A stretch of DNA of 64,000 nucleotides from Bradymonadia bacterium (GCA_046290225.1 JBKAGE010000006.1:1-64000), one strand, 5' to 3'; positions 31,364 to 42,075 are shown, counted from the first letter of the stretch. Notes: generated by a model not told the origin, from the letters alone. Made by a program: numbers and translations.

Positions 31364-33316
31364 ATCAGTCAGCGCCTTGTTGCCTTCGATGATGGCGTCC
31401 ACCACCGAGGCATCGGCGAGGGTGGAGGTGTCACCCAGCTCCGAAGCGCGGCCCTCGGCGATCTTCCGCAGAATACGGCGCATCACCTTCCCCGAGCGGG
31501 TCTTGGGCAGGCCCGGCACGAACTGGATCTTGTCCACCTTCGCGACGACACCGATGCGGGTACGCACCACCTGATTCAAGCGCTTCGCCATGTCGTCGGA
31601 GCCCTCGAAGCCCGGCTGCAACACGAGGTAGGCGTATACACCCTGGCCCTTGATCGGGTGGGGGTAGCCCACCACCGCGGCCTCGGCCACCTCGTCGTCC
31701 GAGGTGAGCGCTGACTCGAACTCTGCGGTGCCCATACGGTGACCCGAGACGTTGATCACGTCGTCGATGCGGCCGGTGATCCAGTAGTAGCCTTCGGTGT
31801 CTCGGCGGCAGCCGTCTCCCGTGAAGTAGTACCCCGGGTACATCTGGAAGTAGGTCGACACGTAACGCTCGTGATCCCCCCAGACCGTACGGGCCTGCCC
31901 GGGCCAGGGCTGGGTCATCACCAGACGGCCGTCGCCGGGGCCCCGCATGATCTTGCCGTCGCCGTCGAGCAACAGCGGGAAGATGCCTGGCATGGGGTAG
32001 GTAGCCGAGCCTGGCCGCGTGGGGGTGGCGGGGGCGATGGGCGAGATGCAGATGCCCCCGGTCTCGGTCTGCCACCACGTGTCGACGATGTTGCAGCGCT
32101 TCTCGCCGACGACGTTGTAGTACCAGTGCCACGCCTCGGGGTTGATGGGCTCCCCCACCGTACCCAGCACCCGCAAGCTGGAGCGGTTGTACTTGTTCAC
32201 CAGCTCGTCGCCGTGGGCCGCCAGAGCGCGGATCGCCGTGGGCGCGGTGTAGAAGATGGTGATGCGGTGCCGGGCCACCATGTCCCAGTAACGCCCAGCG
32301 TCGGGGTAGGTGGGCACCGACTCGAACATGAAGGTGGTGGCGCCGTTGGAGAGCGGCCCGTACACGATGTAGCTGTGGCCTGTGATCCACCCCACGTCGG
32401 CGACACAGGCGTAGACATCTTCTTCGCGCAGGTCGAAGACCGTGCGGTGGGTGTAGTTGGTGTACGTGATGTAGCCACCGCAGGTGTGCACCACCCCCTT
32501 CGGCCGGCCGGTGCTGCCTGAGGTGTAGAGGATGAACAGCGGATCTTCCGCGTCGACGATGGTGGCCTCGCAGTCAGGCGAAGCCTTCTCCACAGCCTCG
32601 TGCCACCAGACGTCGCGCCCCTCTGTCCAGCCCACATCACCACCAGTGCGCTGATACACCAGCACGCTGCGCACGCCCTGCTCACCCTCGAGGGCCTGAT
32701 CCACCGTCTGCTTCAAGGGCACCTTGCGCGTGCCTCGCAGGCCCTCGTCCTGAGTGATGATCATCTCGGCGTCGCAGTCTCGCACGCGGTCCCGCAGGGC
32801 CTCGGCAGAGAAGCCGCCGAAGACCACCGAGTGGATCGCCCCGATGCGGGCGCAGGCGAGCATGGCGATGGCCGCCTCGGGCACCATGCCCATGTAGATG
32901 ATGACCCGCTCGCCCTTCTTGACCCCGAGATCCTTCATGGCGTTCGCCGCCTTGCAGACCTCAGCGTGCAGCTCACGGTAAGTGATGCGGCGCACGTCGG
33001 TGGGCTCGTCGCCCTCCCACAAGATGGCCACTTTGTCGGCCCGGGTGGCGAGGTGTCGATCGAGGCAGCTCTCAGTGACGTTGAGCTGCCCGTCGGCGAA
33101 CCAGGAGAACGGACCGTCCTTGACGTCGTCGTAGCCGCCCTGCAGCCCCACGGTGGGTGGGGTGCGCCAGGTGATGTGATCCTTGGTCACATCGAGCCAG
33201 AACCCGTCCGGATCGGCCTGACACCGCATGTATTCACGGCGGTAGGCGTCCATGCTGGCGATGGTGTTCACCGAGCCGGCGGTGACTCTCGGGGGCACGT
33301 CGAAGGTCTGCGTCAT
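31361..33316 (-). CDS. acs: Acetate--CoA ligase
   Basis: [38 protein letters not shown]. Confidence 0.95.
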   Translation of the reverse strand: MTQTFDVPPRVTAGSVNTIASMDAYRREYMRCQADPDGFWLDVTKDHITWRTPPTVGLQGGYDDVKDGPFSWFADGQLNVTESCLDRHLATRADKVAILWEGDEPTDVRRITYRELHAEVCKAANAMKDLGVKKGERVIIYMGMVPEAAIAMLACARIGAIHSVVFGGFSAEALRDRVRDCDAEMIITQDEGLRGTRKVPLKQTVDQALEGEQGVRSVLVYQRTGGDVGWTEGRDVWWHEAVEKASPDCEATIVDAEDPLFILYTSGSTGRPKGVVHTCGGYITYTNYTHRTVFDLREEDVYACVADVGWITGHSYIVYGPLSNGATTFMFESVPTYPDAGRYWDMVARHRITIFYTAPTAIRALAAHGDELVNKYNRSSLRVLGTVGEPINPEAWHWYYNVVGEKRCNIVDTWWQTETGGICISPIAPATPTRPGSATYPMPGIFPLLLDGDGKIMRGPGDGRLVMTQPWPGQARTVWGDHERYVSTYFQMYPGYYFTGDGCRRDTEGYYWITGRIDDVINVSGHRMGTAEFESALTSDDEVAEAAVVGYPHPIKGQGVYAYLVLQPGFEGSDDMAKRLNQVVRTRIGVVAKVDKIQFVPGLPKTRSGKVMRRILRKIAEGRASELGDTSTLADASVVDAIIEGNKALTD

Positions 33317-33463
33317 GACTGCTCTCTCGTGGTGAGGCAACCCCCAGCAGGGGCTGTGGTGGAAAGGCTGCATCGGTTTTACACAGCACAGTACATGCTG
33401 TGAAGGCGATGTGAAGCGCCGAGCTCAGGTTGAAACCCACAAGGCCGCCTCAGGTCACATGCA

Positions 33464-33479
33464 TGTGACACACGTCACA
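33464..33479. promoter_or_regulatory. CRP/FNR-family binding site (perfect CRP core) upstream of acs
   Basis: TGTGA-CACACG-TCACA; overlaps palindrome GTCACATGCATGTGAC (33454-33469). Confidence 0.6.
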
Positions 33480-33502
33480 CACCCATGACGCTGGTCCACA
33501 AG

Positions 33503-33528
33503 GTGGCTGATCAATCAGCCACTTTTTT
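33503..33528 (+). terminator. Intrinsic-terminator-like hairpin in a divergent intergenic region
   Basis: GTGGCTGA-TCAA-TCAGCCAC followed by TTTTTT. Confidence 0.5.
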
Positions 33529-33583
33529 CACACACCCCGCCAAGAGCCACAGCCTAACCCCCCAACTTTACTCAACACAGTTT

Positions 33584-33599
33584 TGGCATATGAGCTGCT
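33584..33599 (+). promoter_or_regulatory. Putative sigma54 (-24/-12) promoter
   Basis: TGGCATATGAGCTGCT, GG-N10-GC, about 45 nt upstream of CDS 33643. Confidence 0.55.
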
Positions 33600-33642
33600 A
33601 TCCCCTCGAAGCATCTACGCCTGACGTTGTTGGAGTGTCCAC

Positions 33643-34893
33643 ATGAAGCTGCGCCCGCTCGCCCTCGCCGCCCTGATGAGCTCTCTCACCCTCTCCGCTT
33701 GTGCCCCAGAAGACGAGGAGTTGCAGAAGGCCTCTGGCGGTGAAGAAGAAGCGCTCACCGACAGCAAGGCTGACTCCTTCTTCAGGCCGACGCAGCACGG
33801 CGACATCGCCTTTGGCGTGCCTTCGAATGGCACGCTCGGCACAGACACCCGATTCCACGCCTGGAACTTCGACCTCACCGACAAAGCCGGGGTGAGCCTG
33901 GAGACCAGCTCCAGCAACCGCAACCTCGACACGGTGATGTACCTCTACCGCTGGAACGACCAGACGGAGACTTGGGGTCGCTACATCGCCAAGAACGACG
34001 ACGCCTCCCGCGACACCCTGTTCTCCCGCATCGCCAAAGAGCTGGAGACCGGCAAGTACCGCGTGATCGTCAAGGGGCTCAAGCGGGCCACCTCGGGGCC
34101 CTTCAGCGTGAAGATCGAGTGTGAGGGCGCCGGCTGCGCAGCGAACGCCCCCGAGCCTCCGTCCATCGAGGTCTCCAACGACGGCCGATTTACCGATGGT
34201 TGCGCCGAGCGGCTCTACACCGTGCTCGACTCCGGGGTCATGGGCACCCGCGAAGAGTACGTCACCCTCGATCAGGCGGCGGCTTTGATGCCCGAGATGT
34301 ATCAGGCTGCGCTGTGGTACGGCTCGGAGCACCTCGACGACTACGCCCCCGAAGAGCTCGAAGCCCTGGAGCTCGAGGTGAGCGCCGTGCTGCTCGAAGA
34401 CGGCATCCTGGTCGAGGTGACCGACGGCGGCGACTACTCCATGGAGTATCTCTTTACTCCTGGCCGTCTGCTCATGGAGCGCTTCAACGATCAGAGCCCC
34501 TGGGTCAGCTACTTCTGCGCCGAGGCCGACGAGATCGAGGTGGCAGAGCCCGACGAGTGGTGTGCTGGTGAGTTGCTCGACACCCTGCCCCACAACGATG
34601 ACGACGCCGGTGAAGGCCCCAGCGGTGTGCAGGCGAACGCCGAAGACACTGAAGACTACCCTGCGGCGGTCATGCACGCGGTCTCTCTCTACCGCAGCGA
34701 CGCCGCCATCGACGCCGAGAAGTCCGTCGAGTGGTCCACCGTCACCTGGACGGGCGGCTGGACGCAGGGCTGGGAGATCACGCTCCAGGCTGAAGGGCTC
34801 GACGCCACGACCTATGTGGTGCGCGACGATGACTCCGAGCAGAAAGCCCTCATCCGCATCGACGCCCAGGGCTACACCGCGGTGTGCAAATAA
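33643..34893 (+). CDS. Acidic lipoprotein with PPC-like (pre-peptidase C-terminal) domain
   Basis: Lipobox LSAC; KAD motif; LDTVMYLY...NDD...SRI...LETGKYRVIV. Confidence 0.75.
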   Translation: MKLRPLALAALMSSLTLSACAPEDEELQKASGGEEEALTDSKADSFFRPTQHGDIAFGVPSNGTLGTDTRFHAWNFDLTDKAGVSLETSSSNRNLDTVMYLYRWNDQTETWGRYIAKNDDASRDTLFSRIAKELETGKYRVIVKGLKRATSGPFSVKIECEGAGCAANAPEPPSIEVSNDGRFTDGCAERLYTVLDSGVMGTREEYVTLDQAAALMPEMYQAALWYGSEHLDDYAPEELEALELEVSAVLLEDGILVEVTDGGDYSMEYLFTPGRLLMERFNDQSPWVSYFCAEADEIEVAEPDEWCAGELLDTLPHNDDDAGEGPSGVQANAEDTEDYPAAVMHAVSLYRSDAAIDAEKSVEWSTVTWTGGWTQGWEITLQAEGLDATTYVVRDDDSEQKALIRIDAQGYTAVCK

Positions 34894-34897
34894 CCCC

Positions 34898-35413
34898 TCA
34901 CTGACTCCGGGTCGCCCAGCTCCACTGCGCCGCCTTCGATCGGATCAAATCCTCACACGAGATCGAGTGGTATGCGTAGTGGATGACCATGTTGGCTTCG
35001 CCCTCAACGGTCGTCGTGCCATTCCGCCGCGTGCCCTCTGCATCTGGCCGGGCCATGTTGATGACCTTCACGCCAGCGAGCCGGCCTGAAGACACGCCGC
35101 CGTTCCAGCGAAAGGTGAAGTTCACCGCATCGGCAGGTGATTGAGGCTTGCCTCCGAGGGTGACGACCCCCTTACCCCCAGATGCACCACACACTTTGGT
35201 TTTCTCTGCTTCGGTGAGGCCCTTCTTCTCGGGGCCTACGACGACGATGGCCTTACCCCCTTTGGGTGTGATGACAAGCTTCTTGATCGGCTGCGTCTTC
35301 TGCTTGCCCTTCTTCACAGCTGCTTTACGGGCCGGCGCCTCTCTGTCCGCCGAAGCCACGGCGGGGACCAGACACAACGCAGCCACCGCCATCATCCATC
35401 CATGTGCACGCAT
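34898..35413 (-). CDS. Hypothetical basic secreted protein
   Basis: Signal peptide ending ASA; GAGAGG RBS; no recognised domain. Confidence 0.65.
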   Translation of the reverse strand: MRAHGWMMAVAALCLVPAVASADREAPARKAAVKKGKQKTQPIKKLVITPKGGKAIVVVGPEKKGLTEAEKTKVCGASGGKGVVTLGGKPQSPADAVNFTFRWNGGVSSGRLAGVKVINMARPDAEGTRRNGTTTVEGEANMVIHYAYHSISCEDLIRSKAAQWSWATRSQ

Positions 35414-35632
35414 CTTCCTCTCCCTCTCTTTCATGATCATGAGCTTGGGCAGCGTGCCTCTCCTGGCACATCAACAGCCCTCACTCATCTGCATACACAT
35501 CAGCTGACACATCTTTTTTCAAGGCAGGGCAAACACGGCTGTTCTGCCCGTCTTTGTGCGCCTCGCGCGCGGTACAGTTGAAGTCCCTGAGCCCTTACGC
35601 CAGGATACGCGCCGAATCCCCCGGAGGTGCGT

Positions 35633-36946
35633 GTGGTCTTCTCTCTGTTTCGCAAACGCTTCGACAAGGTGGTGGCTCAGGCCGACAAGCTCTTCGAAGC
35701 CGGTCAGCTCGGTCTCGCCCGCGGTGAGTACGCCGACGCTCTGAACCGCTTCAAAGAGGGGCAGGACGACGCAGGGGAAAAGGCCCGTGTCGAAGCGCGC
35801 CTCAAAGAGGTGCACAGCAAACTCGCAGATGTGCAGATCGAGAACGGCAAACGGTTCCTGGGCATCAACAACTTCGAGGACGCCCACGGCTGCTTCGAAG
35901 CAGCCCTCGCCCTCGCCGAGCAGGCGGGCGACCAGGCGTCGATGGATCGCGCCCACGCCGCCCTCGACGGCCTCGACGAGGCCAAGGACGAGAGCAGCCG
36001 CGCCGCCCAGGCGAAGCGCGAGGCCATGGCCATCGACGCCCACACCCACTCAGACGAGAACGCCGAGTTCGCGCTGCTCATCTCGACCTTCGCCGACGAG
36101 CGGGAAGAGGCCTACATGGCCCTGGGCCCCGAGTTCCGCGATGGCTACATCGAGCTGAACGAGGGCAACGGCCGCAAAGCGCTCAAGCACTTCGACAAGG
36201 TGCCCGACAAGAGCTCTCCCTGGCTGTCGTACGAGCGCGGCCGGGCATTCCACGTGCTCGGCGGCGTGAACGAGGCCGTGCAGGCCTTCGAGAAGGCCGC
36301 CGCAGGCCTGGAAGATGGCCCTCTGGTGCTGCCGGTGTTGAGCAACCTCGTCGACGCCTGCCTCAAGCTCGGCCGGTTCGAGCTGGCCGAGAAAGCCCTC
36401 GATCGCCACGTGCAGATCGAAGGGGGCAAGCTGGAGACCCCCGAGGCCTGCACCATGCGCATCGGCCTGATGCGGGCGCAGAAACAGCACAAGAAGGCCA
36501 TCGAGTACCTGCGCGCTCGCCTGAAGCAGACCCCGAGCGAGCTGGCGCTGTGGCGCCTGCTGGGCATCACCTGTGAGGAAGCCGGCCGCGACACCGACGC
36601 CATCGGCGCATACGAGCAGGTCATGGCCCTGCGCTGGCGCTTCAACCCTGAGCGCAACGTCGTCGACTGCGACCAGTTCTCCGCCTTCCGCCTCGCCGAG
36701 CTTCTGCTCAAGACCGGGGGAGATCCTGATCGCGCCTTGCAGCTCACCGCTGCGCTGATGTTGCAGATGGGCCCCGAAGGTCGCTGGCAGCCCATGATCT
36801 TGCGGGCCATGGTCCTGCAGAACAGCGGCCGCGGCAGCGAAGCGATCCGCCAAGTGGAGGAAGAGCTCTCCGTGCTGTCGCCGCGGGCGCCGGCAGAAGC
36901 TCGCCAGCAGCTCACTGGCCTGCTCGCCGAACTGAAGAAGGCTTAA
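35633..36946 (+). CDS. Tetratricopeptide-repeat protein
   Basis: Repeated TPR-like helices (YERGRAFH...AVQAFEKA; LWRLLG...AIGAYEQ); GGAGG RBS. Confidence 0.8.
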   Translation: MVFSLFRKRFDKVVAQADKLFEAGQLGLARGEYADALNRFKEGQDDAGEKARVEARLKEVHSKLADVQIENGKRFLGINNFEDAHGCFEAALALAEQAGDQASMDRAHAALDGLDEAKDESSRAAQAKREAMAIDAHTHSDENAEFALLISTFADEREEAYMALGPEFRDGYIELNEGNGRKALKHFDKVPDKSSPWLSYERGRAFHVLGGVNEAVQAFEKAAAGLEDGPLVLPVLSNLVDACLKLGRFELAEKALDRHVQIEGGKLETPEACTMRIGLMRAQKQHKKAIEYLRARLKQTPSELALWRLLGITCEEAGRDTDAIGAYEQVMALRWRFNPERNVVDCDQFSAFRLAELLLKTGGDPDRALQLTAALMLQMGPEGRWQPMILRAMVLQNSGRGSEAIRQVEEELSVLSPRAPAEARQQLTGLLAELKKA

Positions 36947-36947
36947 C

Positions 36948-38093
36948 TTGGGCCGCCGGGCCACACCGGTGCTGTATGGCACCCTGCTCGCCTGCCTCGG
37001 TGCAGCCTCGCTCTGGGGCTGTGACGACAAAGCCGGTGAAGCCCTGGCCCTGAAAGAAGGCCTCGCCGCCGCCCGAGAGGCAGGGCGCGTGAAGCCTCTC
37101 TCCGAAGCACCGCCTGACACCGGCGCCCGGCTCGAGGCAGCCCTCGACCGCAACTTCCCCAAGCTCGTCAGCCAGCTCGGCCCCGTGAAGATGACTGTCG
37201 AGGGGCGATACACCCTCGAGCTCGAAGGCAACCCCGAGGTGGCCCTCGTAGAGTCGCTGGTCCTCGAGATCGATCGCGAGGGGCAGTTCAGGCTCATCCA
37301 CAAGAATGTCGCCGCCGACGGGCAGGACGGCCGCAAGAGCCGAGGCCGGCGGTGCTGGCGCGTGGATGGCAAGGGTTACACCGCCCGCCTGTCTGGCCCC
37401 GCCACCACACTGGAGACCCCGGGGCAGACCCTCGACATGTGCCTCGCCACGACAGTCGAGCCGATGACCGGCCTGGTGGCCCTGTTGTCGGATCATCTCA
37501 ACTCCACCCCCGCAGAGCGGAGCACGGTGGCCAACCGCGATGCCCTCACGGTGGTGTTGAGCCGTGCCGGGGAAGGCACCGCCCTGCCTCCACCGGTGCC
37601 CATGGCCTGGCCCGAGCCCCGTGATCCAACGCTCGCTCGGTATGGCCTCGACGCTGAAGGCAACCCCGCCCCCAGGCCGCCTCTGGTGGCCACCCACACC
37701 GAGCCCGTCGATCTGCGCGGCACGCTCAAGCTCGACGTACAGACAGGGATCCCTCTGAAGGGCAGCTTCGAGGGTACGCTCATCGCCACGAAGTTCGACG
37801 CCCGACGCACCCTGCGCTTCGAGGTCAAAATCGACACAGTGCCCTTCAACGGCGAGCTCAAGCCCCCTGTGCAGACCCGCCTGTACGGTGCACGCCAGCG
37901 TCTGTTCCAAGACTGCGAAGTCCTTCTGGGCAAAGGGGGCTGTCTCACGGTGGCGGATGACGAGGTGGTGCTGCCCAAGCCTGGCGATGCCCCCGCCTTG
38001 AAGATCCAGAGTGATGGCGAAGACGCGGACGAGCCCGTGACGCCCGAGAAGCAGAAGCCACGTCGCCGCAAGCGACGGAGGAAGCGGCGATGA
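36948..38093 (+). CDS. Hypothetical lipoprotein with basic C-terminal tail
   Basis: Lipobox LWGC; ends RRRKRRRKRR; ATGA overlap with proB. Confidence 0.7.
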   Translation: MGRRATPVLYGTLLACLGAASLWGCDDKAGEALALKEGLAAAREAGRVKPLSEAPPDTGARLEAALDRNFPKLVSQLGPVKMTVEGRYTLELEGNPEVALVESLVLEIDREGQFRLIHKNVAADGQDGRKSRGRRCWRVDGKGYTARLSGPATTLETPGQTLDMCLATTVEPMTGLVALLSDHLNSTPAERSTVANRDALTVVLSRAGEGTALPPPVPMAWPEPRDPTLARYGLDAEGNPAPRPPLVATHTEPVDLRGTLKLDVQTGIPLKGSFEGTLIATKFDARRTLRFEVKIDTVPFNGELKPPVQTRLYGARQRLFQDCEVLLGKGGCLTVADDEVVLPKPGDAPALKIQSDGEDADEPVTPEKQKPRRRKRRRKRR

Positions 38094-39235
38094 GTTCGAG
38101 CGAGAGACCACAGGCCTTCGACGGCGCCACCCGCGTGGTGGTGAAAATCGGCAGCGCTGTACTGCGCCGTGGTGCAGGCTTCGACCGGGTGGCCTTTGTC
38201 TCCCTCGTGCGCGATCTCGCCGCCCTCGTCGAGCGCGGCGTTCGTCCTGTGGTGGTGAGCAGCGGTGCCGTGGCCCTGGGCATGGCTCGCATGGGGGTAG
38301 ATAAGCGCCCCGCCCAGACCACTGATCTGCAGGCTCTGGCGGCCATTGGCCAGGGCTATTTGATGCGCGCCTGGGAAGATGAGCTGCGAGGATACGAGCT
38401 GCACGCCGCTCAGTTATTGCTCACCCACGACGATCTCCGCGATCGCACACGCTATCTCAACGCCTGCCAGACCCTCAAAGCGCTGCTCCAGTTCCCCAAC
38501 GTAGTGCCCATCATCAACGAGAACGACACCGTGGCGGTGGACGAGATCAAGATGGGGGACAACGATTTGCTCTCGGCGCAGGTGGTGGGCATGGCCAATG
38601 CCGGCTGCCTCGTGATTCTGTCCGATACAGACGGCTTCTATGACCGCCGCCCGGACGAAGCCGGAGCGATGCGCCTGAGCCGCATAGACACCCTCACCGA
38701 AGACATGAAGACAGCCGCTCAGGGATCCACGAGCGGTCTGGGCAGCGGCGGCATGCACACCAAAGTGACAGCCATGGAGCGTGTGGGGCAGCTCGGCGTG
38801 CCGGGCATCATCGCCGGAGGCCGCACCCCCGATGTTCTGGCCCGACTCTATGACGGCGCCGATCTGGGCACTTGGTTCGACCCCACCACCACCACACTCC
38901 ATGGTCGTAAATCCTGGATCGCCACTGCTCCGAAGTCCGCAGGGCGCATCCACGTCGACGCTGGGGCCCGAGATGCATTGCTCAACGGCCAGGGCAGCCT
39001 CCTCCCGGTAGGCATCAAGCGTGTGGAGGGTGACTTCAAAGCCAAGGAGGTGGTGACACTGGTGGGCCCCGACGGCGTCGCTTTCGCCCGAGGCCAGGCA
39101 GTCCATGGTGCCGAAGCGATCCGCCAGATGCAGGGCAAGCAGTCATCAGAAGCAAGCGCTGAGGGTACCTTCACCCCCCGGGGCTCGGTGGTCGTCGATC
39201 GCAACACCCTGGTCATCCCCGAAGGCACCTCGTGA
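38090..39235 (+). CDS. proB: Glutamate 5-kinase with PUA domain
   Basis: VVKIGS, VSSGAVALG, PIINENDTV, GDNDLLSA, GSGGMHTK, SLLPVGI. Confidence 0.95.
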   Translation: MSSSERPQAFDGATRVVVKIGSAVLRRGAGFDRVAFVSLVRDLAALVERGVRPVVVSSGAVALGMARMGVDKRPAQTTDLQALAAIGQGYLMRAWEDELRGYELHAAQLLLTHDDLRDRTRYLNACQTLKALLQFPNVVPIINENDTVAVDEIKMGDNDLLSAQVVGMANAGCLVILSDTDGFYDRRPDEAGAMRLSRIDTLTEDMKTAAQGSTSGLGSGGMHTKVTAMERVGQLGVPGIIAGGRTPDVLARLYDGADLGTWFDPTTTTLHGRKSWIATAPKSAGRIHVDAGARDALLNGQGSLLPVGIKRVEGDFKAKEVVTLVGPDGVAFARGQAVHGAEAIRQMQGKQSSEASAEGTFTPRGSVVVDRNTLVIPEGTS

Positions 39236-41115
39236 TCGCCGCGCTCGTGGCTCTGGCTCTCGGGGCACTGTTCCTGCTCGACGCCCTCTCCACCCGAGGT
39301 CAGCTCGACCGCCTCGAATACCTGCCCCCAGTCCCAGACGACATCAATCTCGAAGGATATCGGCTCGTGCACGCCCCGGGCGTGGAGGTCGACGCTGACA
39401 CAGTGGCCGCCAGCGTGGCGCTGATGCAGTCTCGGGGGTGGTCAGTCCTGCACCTGATGCCCGGCCGGATGTCGGCGCTGCCAGCGTGGGCAGCCATCAG
39501 AGCGCTCTCTCCCGAGAAGATGGTCAAAGCACCCCTCGATCCAGGCAGCACGGCAGGCCACGCCCTCATCGTCACCGACGACGTTGCGGAGCGATCCCGT
39601 CTCTCGGAGATTGCCGATCGACCCACCTTCATCAGTGAAGCCCGTCGCTTGAAGAGCTTCGTCGATCCGCCCGGTGCTCTCGGCGCCGCCGTGGTGCCGC
39701 AGCTCACGGGGCTCAACCCCTTCGCCCCCCGCTCGGGCCTTCGTGCGCTCATGGGCCCTTCAGATCGCATCGCGGTGTGGGCCAGCCCCATCATCTGGCT
39801 GCTCATGATCTGGGCCCTCGTGGGCTCGCCCACCCTGGGCCTCGTGGCGGTGGCGCTGTTCCATCTGCAGCTGCCCATTGCCCTCCTCGGTGGCACAGTA
39901 CAGGCCGAGGGGTTGTGGTCAAGCGCTCTGCTCCGCTGGCCCCTCGAGATCACCCAATGGTGGCGGTGGCTCACCGAGGCCCCCTACCCCCCCGGCGCTG
40001 ACCCTTCCGAGGCACTGCGGCCGGTCTACACTGAAGAGCTCGCTCAAGGCACAGCCCGCTTCTTCGCGCCCCGTCGGCCAGATTGCCCGATGTGCGGTGC
40101 ACAGGCCCTGAGTCCTCACGTCCACGTAGGTGACCTGTATCAATCGAAGCCGGGCACCTTCACCCTCGATCGCTGCGGGGGCTGTGGCCATGTGTTCCAG
40201 AACCCCGCCCTCACCCTCGAGGGTCTCGACTTCTACTATCGGGACTTCTACGACGGCCTCGGCGGCCGCACCCTCGAGGCCCTCTTCGCCGCGGGCTTCC
40301 AGCCCTATGTCGATCGAGCGGCCCTGGTGCGCAGCCAGCTCGGCGAAGATCGAGAGAGCCTGCGCTGGCTCGATGTGGGGTGTGGCCATGGGCATTTCTG
40401 CGCCCACACACAGCCCATGATGCCCCACGTGACCTTCGACGGCCTCGATCTCGGTGAGGCCGTCGAAGAGGCCACCCGACGTCGTTGGATCAACACGGGC
40501 CTGCGTGGTCTGTTCCCCGAGCTGGCGCCCACCTTCGATGCCCCCTACGACGTGGTGTCGATGAGCCACTACCTCGAGCACACCCTGGATCCACGCGCCG
40601 AGCTTCAGGCTGCAGCGACCGCCCTCGTCGAGGGCGGCCTGCTGTTCATCGAGGTCCCTGATCCTCAGTGCACCATGGCCCACCGCCTCGGCCGTTGGTG
40701 GATGCCCTGGCTCCAACCTCAACATCTGCACTTGATGCCCATGGGTGTACTGGAGCAGCGTCTGACCGAGGCTGGTTTCGAAGTCGTGGCGCGTCAGGGC
40801 GCCGAGGCTCATGTACCCAACGATCTGACGATGGCGCTGGTGCTCCTGGGCTCCCGCCTCGCGCCACGACTCGACATGCCCTGGCGCCCACGCACGACCG
40901 CCCTGGAGACGCTGCGCCATGGCCTGGTCTGGGTGACGCTCATCCCCTTCATCGGCGCCGCCATGGGGCTGGATCGGCTGCTCAAGGGTTGGGTCACGGG
41001 TGCTGGTCACGGGAACGCGTATCGCGTGGTGGCCCGCAAGGTGGGCGCTGCACCCGATGACGTCGACCCGGTGGTCACTACGACGCAGCCGCCCCCAGAT
41101 GACGCCAGCCGGTGA
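39232..41115 (+). CDS. Membrane-domain + zinc-ribbon + class I SAM-dependent methyltransferase fusion
   Basis: N-terminal TM segments; CPMC...CGGC; LDVGCGHG; MSHYLEH; IEVPD; PQHL. Confidence 0.8.
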   Translation: MIAALVALALGALFLLDALSTRGQLDRLEYLPPVPDDINLEGYRLVHAPGVEVDADTVAASVALMQSRGWSVLHLMPGRMSALPAWAAIRALSPEKMVKAPLDPGSTAGHALIVTDDVAERSRLSEIADRPTFISEARRLKSFVDPPGALGAAVVPQLTGLNPFAPRSGLRALMGPSDRIAVWASPIIWLLMIWALVGSPTLGLVAVALFHLQLPIALLGGTVQAEGLWSSALLRWPLEITQWWRWLTEAPYPPGADPSEALRPVYTEELAQGTARFFAPRRPDCPMCGAQALSPHVHVGDLYQSKPGTFTLDRCGGCGHVFQNPALTLEGLDFYYRDFYDGLGGRTLEALFAAGFQPYVDRAALVRSQLGEDRESLRWLDVGCGHGHFCAHTQPMMPHVTFDGLDLGEAVEEATRRRWINTGLRGLFPELAPTFDAPYDVVSMSHYLEHTLDPRAELQAAATALVEGGLLFIEVPDPQCTMAHRLGRWWMPWLQPQHLHLMPMGVLEQRLTEAGFEVVARQGAEAHVPNDLTMALVLLGSRLAPRLDMPWRPRTTALETLRHGLVWVTLIPFIGAAMGLDRLLKGWVTGAGHGNAYRVVARKVGAAPDDVDPVVTTTQPPPDDASR

Positions 41116-42029
41116 GCCTCGGTGATCTGTGATAAAGGCAACACCTCGCCGACCACTGGCCAGATGACACGCTGGCCCAACAGCACAGCGAGATCCTTCA
41201 TCTCGATCTGGCTGCCCAACGCCACCGAGAACAACGCCCGCCGCCCTCGACCCCAAAGCTTCGTGCCGAGCATCTGCAGCAGTACCACCATCGAGAGCCA
41301 CAGCGTGAGGTAACGCCCCTGTGCGGTGAGCACCGAGCGACATCGCCAGAACCCGGCCGTCCCCGAAGCGTCGAAGACCACGTCGTAGCGCATGCCTGAC
41401 TGTGTGAAGCTCGTGGTGGTGTAGTCGATGATCTCCACCGCGCCCAACGCGCGTACCTGCTCGGCATCTCGCCCTCGACACACCGCGGTGACCTCTGCGC
41501 CGAGGTGACACGCCATCTGCACAGCGAAGCGCCCCACCCCACCAGCAGCCCCAATGATCAAGACCTGCTCTCCAGGCTTCACCCGGGCCAGCTGATGCAT
41601 GAACTTCTGCGCCGTGAGCCCGCCATATGGCGTCGCCGCAGCCTCGACGTAGCTCACCCCCTCGGGCATCTGAGTCACGACACCATCTTCTCGGACCACG
41701 AGATACTCTGCGCAGGCGCCATGATCGCACGTGCCGAAGACATCGTCTCCAACAGCAAACAACGTCACCCCCTCGCCCACAGCGACGACCTGACCAGCGA
41801 AGTTGGTCCCCGGTACGGCATGTCGAGGGTGGAGAAGGCCCGAGACCATGCGACCCAGTAGCCAGCCCAGTCCTGGATAGTCCGCAGCCCGCAGCCGCAG
41901 ATCACCCCGCGTCACCGACGAGGCATGCACGCGCACTTTGATCTGCCCTGGCCCGGCGTCCGGCGCGGGTACGTCGGTTACAGTGAGCACGTCAGGGGTA
42001 CCGTAGCGTGTGTGGGTTGCGGCCTTCAT
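41007..42029 (-). CDS. NAD(P)-dependent MDR-family (quinone/enoyl reductase-like) oxidoreductase
   Basis: YGTPDVL, PGTNFAG.V.AVG, GAAGGVG, YDVVFD. Confidence 0.9.
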   Translation of the reverse strand: MKAATHTRYGTPDVLTVTDVPAPDAGPGQIKVRVHASSVTRGDLRLRAADYPGLGWLLGRMVSGLLHPRHAVPGTNFAGQVVAVGEGVTLFAVGDDVFGTCDHGACAEYLVVREDGVVTQMPEGVSYVEAAATPYGGLTAQKFMHQLARVKPGEQVLIIGAAGGVGRFAVQMACHLGAEVTAVCRGRDAEQVRALGAVEIIDYTTTSFTQSGMRYDVVFDASGTAGFWRCRSVLTAQGRYLTLWLSMVVLLQMLGTKLWGRGRRALFSVALGSQIEMKDLAVLLGQRVIWPVVGEVLPLSQITEAHRLASSGGGCVVVTTGSTSSGAAPTLRATTRYAFP

Positions 42030-42075
42030 GGTGAGACACCTCGTTCATGCAGTCGAAGATGTACTCACCCTACCC

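Noticed and set aside
35464..35478. sigma54-like TGGCAC-N-CAGC upstream of the TPR gene
   Set aside because: GG-N10-GC spacing fits but the -12 element is weak (CAGC rather than TTGC); too likely by chance
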